A stretch of DNA of 64,000 nt from Eledone cirrhosa (lineage: Eukaryota): positions 186,124,001 through 186,188,000 of the forward strand of contig OZ024742.1 of NCBI GenBank assembly GCA_964016885.1, read 5' to 3'. Positions within the stretch are counted from its first letter, which is position 1; every line of letters begins with the position of its first letter. Shown one piece after another: positions 42,312 to 53,207 of the stretch. The position numbers and the translations under genes are program-made. The notes beneath the pieces were generated by a model, which saw only the letters and a list, made by a program, of their open reading frames with translations, searched no databases and was not told the DNA's origin.

Positions 42312-42434
42312 CTGAAAAAGGACTCTGGATATTTAAGTGGTCGCTTGGCCCCAGCAGCATTTGAAAATCCTGTGCTTCTTAACAGCTTACAGACCTCATC
42401 AATGTTGGAGTCATCAGCACCAGTCTTTTGTGCA
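42312..42434 (-). CDS. WASHC5: Strumpellin coding exon (2nd in window, 123 bp)
   Basis: Acceptor ttattttag, donor gtgaga. Translates (S)[40 protein letters not shown](S), matching '[39 protein letters not shown]'. Phase 2/2 fits both neighbours. Not in the ORF track. Confidence 0.95.
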
Positions 42435-42447
42435 CTAAAATAACAGA

Positions 42448-42500
<53 letters not shown>

Positions 42501-42759
42501 TTTCTTTATTAACCACAAGGGTTTACATAAAGTAGACATTAAGGACAGTGCAGGACAATGCAGGACGGTACAAATGGGCATTTCTGCGTGTAAAAAACAA
42601 AAACAGAGGATGTAACAAAAATAACAATGAAAATAACAATGAAAAATTCCCCAATAGGGGGGAGACTTCGGAGGGACATTTGTGGAGAAAGCCCAGTAAA
42701 AAGCCACAATGACCCTGACCACCAAGGCAAGTGCCCTCTCCCAGTTTTCCACCTTTAAT

Positions 42760-45642
42760 TTACAGATATATACTCAGAGTAGGCCCATTCACTCGGGCCA
42801 TTCTTGCTTCTCTCACCCATCTTTCAACAAAATGCTGGGAAGAGAGCACTTCCCTCTCTACTCTGATTTTCCTTTTCAAATGAAATTTGAAAAAGTCAAT
42901 CAGAGCATCACCGAAGAGGTAAGTGCTCGTCTTCAGCCCTTTCAAACGTGTCCACCATACTATCTCTTTCGCCATGACCACCAGACAGATAAAAACTGCC
43001 TGCCCTTCCCGGCTAAAGGAGGAGGGCGGGGCAATCCTCACGATGGACTCAGATGATAGCCGGATCCGTCCTAAACGCGACAGCAGGTGTTCGACATAAA
43101 CCCACAAGTCAGCAATTTTCGGACACTGGACGAGTGCGTGCAGGACGGTTTCGTCGCCCTGCGCGCATCTCGGACATGCCCGGCTGACGGCACCTCCATG
43201 CCTGTAGAGTTTATCCCGAACTGGCAAGGCTCCTCGGTAGCACTGCCAGGCCAGAGATTTCTGGAAGTTGTCCATAGGCCCCGGCCCGAAAGTTCTTCCG
43301 AAGAGATTGGCTAGTTGGTTTTCGTCGACGCCTAGAGTTTCCCCAAGTACATCGTCGCTCTTACCCTCCACTAATCCTCTATAGAACGCCGAGGTGGAGT
43401 TTCCACCGATCACATTGCCCGATTGGTCGAGGGCTGTGAGCGCCTGAAGACATTCCAGTCTCCAGGCGCTCCCTCTCGGTCTTCGCTTGACCCAGGACTG
43501 CAGCTCCGTCAAGGAAACGAGCTGGGGAAATACGCGCCTAGCAAACGGCGACCACACCTGATCACCGTCGAGGAAGAGGTGGAGATGTCGTAGCCTGAGC
43601 GCGTGCCTGCGCATTATCAGCCACGGCATGCCCAGCCCTCCACGTAGCGGGTGTTGACAACAGATGGACCGCCTGACCATCGGAGCACGTCCCTTCCACA
43701 AAAAGCGAAAGAGCAAACGCTCCAGCGCAGTCAGGCGAGGCTTAGGACAAGGTACGACGGTCAGGCGGTAGCAGATGACAGACGCGATGTACGCGTTAGC
43801 CACCTCCGCTCGACCTTTCAGGGATAGCTTCCTCTCCGCCCATTTCTGGGTGAGAGAAGCCACCCTGCTCGTCACCTCGTCCCAGTTTTTGTCCGTCTGG
43901 AGGTCCGGACCGAACCAGACCCCTAGCAATTTAACCGGTCCGTCCGTCCAGCGTCCGACGACACTGTTGGACGGCATGGACCTGCCTCTCCAGGTGCCGA
44001 GCTGCAGGCCCACTGACTTTTCCTGGTTGATCATTGCTCCTGTCACCGCTTCGTATTCTCTTAGTGTAGTGCCGATCGCCTCGATGTGTTTGGCGTTCGA
44101 CACCACTACGGTGACATCGTCCGCATATGCTGACACGGATCTTCCGCATCCTAGTTCGCGCGGGACTCCCCTCAACATCTCCAGTTTGTGCAGTAATGGC
44201 TCGAGAGTCAATACGTACAAGAGGGACGAGAGGGGACATCCTTGGCGGACCGAGCGCATGATGTTGAACGGTTCCGACAGGTGACCGTTCACTCTCACCA
44301 CAGAGCAGATGTCGCTGTGCATGGCAGCGATCCAGCCTCTGAAGACGGGCCCAAAGCCAGCCGCCCTCAGGACTGCCACTAGGTAATGATGGTCGACCCT
44401 ATCGAAAGCTTTCGACTGATCTAAATTGATCAAGGACCCACCCGTGCCAGGTTCCCTAGCTACCCTCTCTACGATGTATCGCATGAGGTGGAGGTTGTCG
44501 TGGATGGATCTGTCGGGAATGGCGCATGTCTGCGCCTCTCCCACCAGACCACCAACGACAAGCGCCAACCTCTTTGCTAGCACCTTGGCCAAAATCTTAA
44601 ACTCTGTGTTTAGCAGAGTTATGGGCCGGAAATTGTCTATGTTATCCCCCTTGTTCGGATCCTTTCTCAGCAGTGCCACCGCTCCTCGGCTCACAGAACT
44701 GGGAATTCTCCCGTTCTGTTGCCAGTTGCAGTAGACGTCCGCCAAGAGGCCTCCGAACAAGTCTGGCATCTGTACGTAAAGTTCATAGGGCAGACCATCC
44801 AAACCAGGCGATTTACCCCTTGTGCAGCCAGTCATTGCCTCCCTTACTTCAGCGGCTGTTATCGGCTTTTCGCAACACCTCGCCTCAGTGGCCGAGAGCC
44901 GCGGCAGTCCGTCGGGGTAGACACTAAAGTCCATCCCTCTACCCGGCCCACCGCTGCCCCCAAACAGCTGAGCGAAGTGTCGCTGAAAAGCTTCACACAT
45001 TTGCCCGGGATCGAGTAGCATGCGCCCGTCGTGGTCCACCAAAGACCGGATCGTGGCTTTGTTGCCACGACGCGCCTCCGCCACTTGGGCCCATTGAACG
45101 GCTTTCGTCCCCTCGTGTCTGAGAGCACGCACCCTTGCTCTGACAACGCAGCCTTCGTGCTTTGCATTGAAGAATTGGTCAAGGGCCAATTTCACCGCAA
45201 GCACGTCGGTCGCAATGCCTTTGCTAAGCGCCTCGTCTAATTTTCTAACTAGTTCTCCCTCTGCTCTATTTTTCTCTATTGCTAAAGCCTTACTAAACCT
45301 AATCGATTCTATTCTAATCGCTCTTTTCAGAGCAAACCACCACTTGTTGTTGACGATGGCCCCCGTCAACGCCCGCTTAACTAGTTCGCTAATCCGGTCT
45401 CTGTAGGCCTTGCGCGCTGGTAAGGACGCGTTTAGCTTCCAGTAGCCGGGTCCTCGTCTATGAAGCCTATCTAAGTCAAGCACACAGGTCACGAATTTGT
45501 GGTCCGTGTAGCTGACTATCTTGAATTGTGGACAGCCTATGCTAGACCTATCTATTTCCCTACAAAATACTCTATCTAGATATGATCTGGATGACCCTAT
45601 GCGGTTTGTCCAAGTCCACATTGGCACATTCGGGAAATCCAA
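42760..45642 (-). CDS. Retrotransposon ORF2, major part: end of the APE domain, reverse transcriptase and C-terminal zinc-binding domain
   Basis: Motifs SYLDR/TDHK (APE end), KSPGLDG, FRPITLLN, LDQSKAFDRVDH, VRQGCPLS, YADD and CPRC...HALVQC. The start shown is not a true ATG; the frame continues from the upstream APE segment through frameshifts. Confidence 0.93.
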   Translation of the reverse strand: MDFPNVPMWTWTNRIGSSRSYLDRVFCREIDRSSIGCPQFKIVSYTDHKFVTCVLDLDRLHRRGPGYWKLNASLPARKAYRDRISELVKRALTGAIVNNKWWFALKRAIRIESIRFSKALAIEKNRAEGELVRKLDEALSKGIATDVLAVKLALDQFFNAKHEGCVVRARVRALRHEGTKAVQWAQVAEARRGNKATIRSLVDHDGRMLLDPGQMCEAFQRHFAQLFGGSGGPGRGMDFSVYPDGLPRLSATEARCCEKPITAAEVREAMTGCTRGKSPGLDGLPYELYVQMPDLFGGLLADVYCNWQQNGRIPSSVSRGAVALLRKDPNKGDNIDNFRPITLLNTEFKILAKVLAKRLALVVGGLVGEAQTCAIPDRSIHDNLHLMRYIVERVAREPGTGGSLINLDQSKAFDRVDHHYLVAVLRAAGFGPVFRGWIAAMHSDICSVVRVNGHLSEPFNIMRSVRQGCPLSSLLYVLTLEPLLHKLEMLRGVPRELGCGRSVSAYADDVTVVVSNAKHIEAIGTTLREYEAVTGAMINQEKSVGLQLGTWRGRSMPSNSVVGRWTDGPVKLLGVWFGPDLQTDKNWDEVTSRVASLTQKWAERKLSLKGRAEVANAYIASVICYRLTVVPCPKPRLTALERLLFRFLWKGRAPMVRRSICCQHPLRGGLGMPWLIMRRHALRLRHLHLFLDGDQVWSPFARRVFPQLVSLTELQSWVKRRPRGSAWRLECLQALTALDQSGNVIGGNSTSAFYRGLVEGKSDDVLGETLGVDENQLANLFGRTFGPGPMDNFQKSLAWQCYRGALPVRDKLYRHGGAVSRACPRCAQGDETVLHALVQCPKIADLWVYVEHLLSRLGRIRLSSESIVRIAPPSSFSREGQAVFICLVVMAKEIVWWTRLKGLKTSTYLFGDALIDFFKFHLKRKIRVEREVLSSQHFVERWVREARMARVNGPTLSIYL

Positions 45643-46174
45643 TCGGTACCTGACAGTTCAAAATGCCTGAGCAGGTTGGTGAGGCTCTTGCACCCTCCAC
45701 CCCATCCGCTAATCCCACACAGTCCCAGCGTGCATCTAAGATCCCGTTCCAGTCGCCCACTAACACTAAAGAGCGGGACGTTCCAAGAAAGGTCTCCAGA
45801 CGCCGGAAGAAATCAGGCCGCCCTGCTCCTGTCGGGGCATAGACGGCCACTAGCCTGAAAGCTTGCCCGTCTCCGCTGGTCACGTCCAGCACCACCAGCT
45901 TACCCTCTGGGTCCAGGAAGATGGCCCGTATGGCGAGATCCAAACCTCTCCGAAAAAGCACAGCAACTCCTCCACCCGATCCAGGACGGCTGGGAGATAC
46001 GTACACATCGTAGCCGCCGAAGATCGGTGCGAAGGCCCGTGCTTCGGAGATTCTGGTCTCGCTGATGGCCACTACATCTATGTTTAGTGACCTGAGGTCG
46101 TTGAGCAGGTGACCCTGCTTCCATGACGACCCCAAGCCACGCGCATTTATGCTGCCTATTCTGAGTGAGGTCAT
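45643..46174 (-). CDS. Retrotransposon ORF2 N-terminus, apurinic-like endonuclease (frameshifted relative to the RT part)
   Basis: MTSLRIGSINARGL...AISET...GGGVAVL...VAVYAP...LVGDWN are APE motifs. The intervening peptide GCKSLTNLLRHFELS is in a third frame, implying two frameshifts at ~45650-45705. Confidence 0.88.
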
Positions 46175-46209
46175 GTTTAAAATAGAGTGGAAAAGATGGG
46201 AAAGACCAC

Positions 46210-48285
46210 TTACCGTACTTTTGGTAGAGGAGGGATGGTTTTTACATCCCTTTTCACTTGATCGTCTGGTGAAGGGACCGTTGAATCGTCCCTTCGGCTG
46301 GTCGTCGGCTCTTCTAAGAGAATGTCTGAATATACTCTTCGATTGATGGTTCCTCCTAGGTCCCTGAAATCACCAACTGCGTTGGGGAATTTCGTTTTAA
46401 TGTTTGTGTATTGTTTCTGTGCTATTTTTAGCAGTCTTATGTTAGTTGGTGTTTTGATTGGTGCTGGTATTATGTAGTCCTGTTGTGAAATGTCTGTGTG
46501 TTCAATTATGTAAGTCATTAGTTTCTTGTTGTGTGTGTTTATTGCCGTGCATTTGTTTTTCTGGGGGTGGGGTGTGGTTCTGCTATTTTCTTGTCGTTGT
46601 TGCTGGGTGTGTGTGTTTTGTTGTTGTGTTTGCGATGTTGGTGCTTGTGGTGGTGGTGTTGAAGGTGTTGTTGGCAGTGGGGTTGTCGCCGGTGGTGATG
46701 GTGGTGCTGGTGTGGGTGGTGATGGTGTTGGTGGTGTTGCTGCTGTGGGTCTCTTTGCAGTAGACTTTACCCTTTTCTCATTTCTTTCCTCCCTTTTCAA
46801 AGGCGACGATGCGCTGCTTCTGCGTTTGTGCCTTCTTGCGACCTTTTGCCATCCCTCTCCCACCTCACACTCCATGTCTGATTCTGTGAGGTCGGGGAGG
46901 GGTACCAGCTCCACTCTTTCACTTGTTGTTGTTGGTGATGTTTGCACTGGAGTCTCTGTTGCAGCTGCATTTGGTATTGCTGTTGTTGTTGTTAATATTT
47001 CCACTGCTGCTGCTGTTTTTGATTTCCGTGGAGTGGGTATGGGTGCCACGGACCTATCGTTCCTGGTTGCCGCTTGTCCTGTTGCTGGTAGCCGTGGAGC
47101 CGGATTCGGAAGGAGGGGGGTTTTCTCCTTTCTCAGGGTCTTCTCGTTGCAGAAGGCCCTGAGGTGAGTCTTCGATCCACAGCGAAAGCATTTCGGGCGT
47201 TTGCCCTCAACACTTATGGGCAGTTGAGTGCCGTTATCGAAGTCTATCACATCCGGGATAGCTTCGATGCACTCCTGGTTGGTTTGGATTAGCATCTCAA
47301 TGGAGGAGCCGACCCAATCTTCTCTTACTTTTTTCTGTACTTGCAGTACAGTTGTTTTGTCCTCGATTCCGACGAGGACAGACGCGGCCAGCCAAGAAGG
47401 GGTCATTCCGGGGGGGACGTGGGTCAGTTTGACCCTCACAATTTTTTGCCCACAGTAGGAGGGCACCAACACCATTTCCTCGCTCCTTAGGGTCACTACT
47501 GATTGGGCCTTTGCCTCCTGGGGTGTGGCAAAAAGTACGTCTACGGTGGCATATTTTTTGCCTCGGGTGATGTGCGTTTTCCGCTGCCACACAGACCCCA
47601 AGGCTTTTTTTATTTGGGCCTCTGTGGCTCTTTCCACCCTACGGGATTTTGTACTTACTGTACGGTACGTGACCGTACAGTGCTCTTGGGTTTCGAAAAA
47701 TTTTTCCGCTGCCTTGCAGATTGCTCGGTGTCCGTTCTTTGTCACCATCTTCTTCGCTTCCTCTAATTCCTCATTTGTTATGAGGATTGTTTCCAAGTTT
47801 TTCGCAATACCTGCAAATGAGATTGGTTTTTCTCTGCTGCTGTTGTTGTCGTCAGAGCTGCTGGTACTTTTGTTGTTGCTGCAGGTACTACGACTACTGC
47901 CTCCGCCGCTGTTGTTGGTGTTGCTGCTGCTAATGCTGTTGTTGTTTATGCTGCTGGTGATGCTGTTGCGGCTGCTACTGTTGTTTTCATTGTCACTGTT
48001 GCTGTTGTTATTACGGCTGCTACTGCTATTATTCCTGACGTCAGACGAATGAACTGGGTTTTCGTATTTCCCGCACACCTGTTTCGTCGCTGTCGTCGTC
48101 GTCGTGGAGACGCTTTGCACGAGACTTTTCTTTTCTTTCGTCACTTGCGAAAGAGAAGGGAGGGAGAGAGACACATTTAAAGAAGGGAGGGAGAGAGACA
48201 ATCTTCTCTCTGCTGTAGTGATGATTGAGGAAGTAGAAGACGGAATGAGTGGGAGTGATGTATGAAATTTCTTTTTCGTAGCCAT
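46210..48285 (-). CDS. Retrotransposon ORF1 (gag-like nucleic-acid-binding protein, about 691 aa)
   Basis: First ATG at 48285 in context AACATGG (the track's 48321 start is TTG). Zinc knuckle CFRCGSKTHLRAFC (C-X2-C-X4-H-X4-C), Ser/Asn-rich N-terminal tract and Pro/Thr-rich C-terminal tract. A 35-bp spacer precedes ORF2. Confidence 0.9.
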   Translation of the reverse strand: MATKKKFHTSLPLIPSSTSSIITTAERRLSLSLPSLNVSLSLPSLSQVTKEKKSLVQSVSTTTTTATKQVCGKYENPVHSSDVRNNSSSSRNNNSNSDNENNSSSRNSITSSINNNSISSSNTNNSGGGSSRSTCSNNKSTSSSDDNNSSREKPISFAGIAKNLETILITNEELEEAKKMVTKNGHRAICKAAEKFFETQEHCTVTYRTVSTKSRRVERATEAQIKKALGSVWQRKTHITRGKKYATVDVLFATPQEAKAQSVVTLRSEEMVLVPSYCGQKIVRVKLTHVPPGMTPSWLAASVLVGIEDKTTVLQVQKKVREDWVGSSIEMLIQTNQECIEAIPDVIDFDNGTQLPISVEGKRPKCFRCGSKTHLRAFCNEKTLRKEKTPLLPNPAPRLPATGQAATRNDRSVAPIPTPRKSKTAAAVEILTTTTAIPNAAATETPVQTSPTTTSERVELVPLPDLTESDMECEVGEGWQKVARRHKRRSSASSPLKREERNEKRVKSTAKRPTAATPPTPSPPTPAPPSPPATTPLPTTPSTPPPQAPTSQTQQQNTHTQQQRQENSRTTPHPQKNKCTAINTHNKKLMTYIIEHTDISQQDYIIPAPIKTPTNIRLLKIAQKQYTNIKTKFPNAVGDFRDLGGTINRRVYSDILLEEPTTSRRDDSTVPSPDDQVKRDVKTIPPLPKVR

Positions 48286-49057
48286 GTTGGTTTTTTGTTT
48301 AAAATGAAATTTTGGGTACAAAACCCCAATAACTGGTTATTTAACCCCGAAGGGCCAAATAACGGACAGAAAGACCCCTCTCACGAGGAGGAGGGTGTCT
48401 TTATCAACAATTTGGTTCAAGTTTTAAACAATTTACAATTGTTTTAACGGTTAAAAATTACTATACCTTACAGAGCCGAGCCTCCGTCAACCATGGCATT
48501 CAATAATAATAATAATAATAATAATGTGAGTCACAACCTATAATCATCACCTGATACTATAACAATGGTTCCCAAACCATGCACTGTGGTGCACTGATGC
48601 ACCGTGAGATGTAACTAACTAGATGCACTGCAGAAGACTAAGATTAAGTTTTAAGATGTGAAAAATACTGAAATATTGAAAAAAAACTGAAATTTGTATG
48701 ATAGTTCATATATAGCTATCAAAGTAACAAGATTTGTGAAAAATGGGCCTAGAACCATTTAATTCTATGTTATCAAAATTATCGTTTTTACATCCATTTT
48801 TCCAAGCTTGCATGGGTCAGATGGGTTCTTCTCAGCACAGCATCTCTCCATTTGCCGCATTTCTTCGTCATTTCCTCACTGAGTCTCAGCAATTAGAGGT
48901 CAGCTCTCAACACTTCTACCCAGGTCATTCTTAGTCAACCACTACTGGAGCTTCCTTCTATAGGCATTTCCTGGCACTTTTTTCAACCGTCGATCATCAT
49001 CCATGCACATCTACATATTTCTATAGTTCAGACACAATAGTTCTATATTCAATTTAG

Positions 49058-51930
49058 CAATATAGATATATACACCTCAGACACAATAATTCTACATACA
49101 CCTCAGGAATATAGATATATACACCTCAGACACAATAATTCTATATACACCTCAGGAATATAGATATATACACCTCAGACACAATAATTCTATATACACC
49201 TCAGGAATATAGATATATACACCTCAGACACAATAATTCTATATACACCTCAGGAATATAGATATATACACCTCAGACACAATAATTCTACATACACTTC
49301 AGGAATATAGATATATACACCTCAGACACAATAATTGTATATACACCTCAGACACAATAATTCTATATACACCTCAGGAATATAGATATATACACCTCAG
49401 ACAATAATTCTATATACACCTCAGGCAACAATAATTCTATATACACCTCAGGAATATAGATATATACACCTCAGACACAATAATTCTATATACACCTCAG
49501 GAATATAGATATATACACCTCAGACACAATAATTCTATATACACCTCAGGAATATAGATATATACACCTCAGACACAATAATTCTACATACACCTCAGGA
49601 ATATAGATATATACACCTCAGACACAATAATTCTATATACACCTCAGGAATATAGATATATACACCTCAGACACAATAATTCTATATACACCTCAGGAAT
49701 ATAGATATATACACCTCAGACACAATAATTCTATATACACCTCAGGAATATAGATATATACACCTCAGACACAATAATTCTATATACACCTCAGGAATAT
49801 AGATATATACACCTCAGACACAATAATTCTACATACACTTCAGGAATATAGATATATACACCTCAGACACAATAATTGTATATACACCTCAGACACAATA
49901 ATTCTATATACACCTCAGGAATATAGATATATACACCTCAGACAATAATTCTATATACACCTCAGACAACAATAATTCTATATACACCTCAGGAATATAG
50001 ATATATACACCTCAGACACAATAATTCTATATACACCTCAGGAATATAGATATATACACCTCAGACACAATAATTCTATATACACCTCAGGAATATAGAT
50101 ATATACACCTCAGACACTATAATTCTACATACACCTCAGGAATATAGATATATACACCTCAGACACAATAATTCTATATACACCTCAGGAATATAGATAT
50201 ATACACCTCAGACACAATAATTCTACACACACCTCAGGAATATAGATATATACACCTCAGACACAATAATTCTATATACACCTCAGGAATATAGATATAT
50301 ACACCTCAGACACAATAATTCTATATACACCGCAGGCATATAGATATATATACCTCAGGAATATAGATATATACATCTCAGACACAATAATTCTATATAC
50401 ACCTCAGGAATATAGATATATACACCTCAGACACAATAATTCTATATACACTTCAGGAATATAGATATATACACCTAAGGTACAATAATTCTATATACAC
50501 CTCAGGAATATAGATATATACACCTCAGACACAATAATTCTATATACACCTCAGGAATATAGATATATACACCTCAGACACAATAATTCTATATACACCT
50601 CAGGAATATAGATATATACACCTCAGACACAATAATTCTATATACACTTCAGGAATATAGATATATACACCTCAGACACAATAATTATATATACACCGCA
50701 GGCATATAGATATATATACCTCAGGAATATAGATATATACATCTCAGACACAATAATTCTATATACACCTCAGGAATATAGATATATACACCTCAGGAAT
50801 ATAGATATATACACCTCAGACACAATAATTCTATATACACCTCAGGAATATAGATATATACACCTCAGACACAATAATTCTACACACACCTCAGGAATAT
50901 AGATATATACACCTCAGACACAATAATTCTATATACACCTCAGGAATATAGATATATACACCTCAGACACAATAATTCTATATACACCGCAGGCATATAG
51001 ATATATATACCTCAGGAATATAGATATATACATCTCAGACACAATAATTCTATATACACCTCAGGAATATAGATATATACACCTCAGGAATATAGATATA
51101 TACACCTCAGACACAATAATTCTATATACACCTCAGGAATATAGATATATACACCTAAGGTACAATAATTCTATATACACCTCAGGAATATAGATATATA
51201 CACCTCAGACACAATAATTCTATATACACTTCAGGAATATAGATATATACACCTCAGACACAATAATTATATATACACCGCAGGCATATAGATATATATA
51301 CCTCAGGAATATAGATATATACATCTCAGACACAATAATTCTATATACACCTCAGGTACAATAATTCTATATACACCTCAGGAATATAGATATATACACC
51401 TCAGACACAATAATTCTATATACACCTCAGGAATATAGATATATACACCTCAGACACAATAATTCTACACACACCTCAGGAATATAGATATATACACCTC
51501 AGACACAATAATTCTATATACACCTCAGGAATATAGATATATACACCTCAGACACAATAATTCTATATACACTTCAGGAATATAGATATATACACCTCAG
51601 ATACAATAATTCTATATACACCTCAGGTACAATAATTCTATATACACCGCAGGCATATAGATATATATACCTCAGACACAATAATTCTATATACACTTCA
51701 GGAATATAGATATATACACCTCAGTCACAATAATTCTATATACACCTCAGGAATATAGATATATACACCTCAGACACAATAATTCTATATACACCGCAGG
51801 AATATAGATATATACACCTCAGGCACAATAATTCTACATACACCTCAGGAATATACGTAGATATATACACCTCAAACACAATAATTCTACATACATCTCA
51901 GACACAATAATTCTATATACACCTCAGGAA
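49058..51930. repeat. 49-bp minisatellite (about 58 units) built from alternating 23-bp and 26-bp subunits
   Basis: GAATATAGATATATACACCTCAG (23) plus ACACAATAATTCTATATACACCTCAG (26), with shared core TATATACACCTCAG. CTCAGG at 49102 and 49151 gives the 49-bp period. Confidence 0.97.
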
Positions 51931-52067
51931 AATAGATGTGTACCTGGTGGTGTAGTAAAACTTTGTAGAAAACTTGAAAACATAAGGGAAAATAATAATT
52001 TCTAACATGTGTCCACACACACACATATACGCATTACACATACACACACATATATACATATACGTAT

Positions 52068-52616
52068 ATAACCAAGAGGGTGTGGTAATATACGTATATA
52101 ACCAAGAGGGTGTGGTAAGATACCAGGTGGACCATAACGTACCAGAGTACTTAGATAAAATGTCTAAATTAGCCAAATTTTACTATAAAAAGTGGTGCTC
52201 TTTTTTTGTTGATTTACGTTTAATTAATAGAAAAAACCCGTGATAATAGAGGTTCCAATACTCAAGTTGGAAAATGGCTGCCAACATTTTCCCTATAGAG
52301 GGCTTAACCCCCATTAGGGTGTCTTAATATTATTGAAATTTTCTGAAATTTTGTGAATAGGCATCATATCTTGTCATTTACCTATGGTTTAAATTTCATA
52401 TAAATCGAAGGGAAAAGATTTTCAGTGGGGGTTTGTGCCCCCGGGGAACCCTTTGATTAAAATTAAATATACTTATCCAAGTACCCTGGGCAATGTAGTT
52501 TCAGAATATACGTGTATATGGTTATGGGGGTCTATCTCTAAAACCATAGGAGGAGTTCGTGAACAAACAAACAAACAAACAAACAAACAGACAGGAACTA
52601 CAACTTTATATAGATA
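52068..52616 (+). mobile_element. Possible non-autonomous Helentron/Helitron-like (HINE/Lep1-type) element
   Basis: Begins AACCAAGAGGG (inside a 30-bp tandem duplication), has internal 'TAAATTTCATATAAATCG' and ends 'TAGGAGGAGTT-(ACAA)n-ACAGACAGGAACTACAACTTTATATAGAT'. A subterminal tetranucleotide microsatellite is typical of that group. Called on architecture only. Confidence 0.45.
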
Positions 52617-52698
52617 TATATGTGTCTGATGGTAGTTAAGATGCTTCCATAGGCGGAATGCCGGTTGAGCACTCTATGCTCTTACAGAGCAGAGTATG

Positions 52699-53207
52699 AT
52701 ATAATATAAAACGAAAAATCAGTGATGCATCTGAACTCAATTTATTGTGTGTTACAATTGTTTCGCCGGCAGACAGCTCGAGACACGATCATTGTGTGGA
52801 TCTGTCTGATTCTGGATCCGCAGGTTCGACGGACACTTCTAATGATCCTTAGAAGTGGCTTTGTAGAATGGTAGGATCTAGTTAAGTTCATTTGCATTTT
52901 TAGTTAAAATCTGTCTAGACCAGCTTTGCCTTTCACTTTTCCAGCTTTAATGTACCCATACCCAGGGAAGAACAGTGTTCGGAGTATGGTAGATGCCGGA
53001 TGGAAGGTTTTCATTTGGTTGCACTTCTCTGAACAGTTTCTAGGAAATCAATATTCTGAGCAAGATATGATCATTAGAAGTGTCCGTCGAACCTGCGGAT
53101 CCAGAATCAGACAGATCCACACAATGATCATGTCTCAAGCTGTCTGCTGGCGAAACAATTGTAACACACAATAAATTGAGTTCAGATGCATCACTGATTT
53201 TTCGTTT

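Larger units (their letters stand above)
42499..48501 (-). mobile_element. Full-length Tx1/L1-group non-LTR retrotransposon (about 6.0 kb)
   Basis: 5'UTR, ORF1 with CCHC knuckle, ORF2 with APE, RT and a C-terminal CCHC, and a 3'UTR with AATAAA (42505-42510). Bounded by (AAT)17 at 42448-42498 and (AAT)8 at 48502-48525. ORF2 is GC- and CpG-rich compared with the AT-rich host. Confidence 0.95.

Noticed and set aside
42405-42420. Minus-strand CTGATGA inside the WASHC5 exon
   Set aside because: It is coding sequence (GCT GAT GAC) with no hammerhead stems.
42709-48052. Many plus-strand and alternate-frame ORFs overlapping the retrotransposon
   Set aside because: Shadow ORFs of GC-rich coding sequence with no recognisable motifs.
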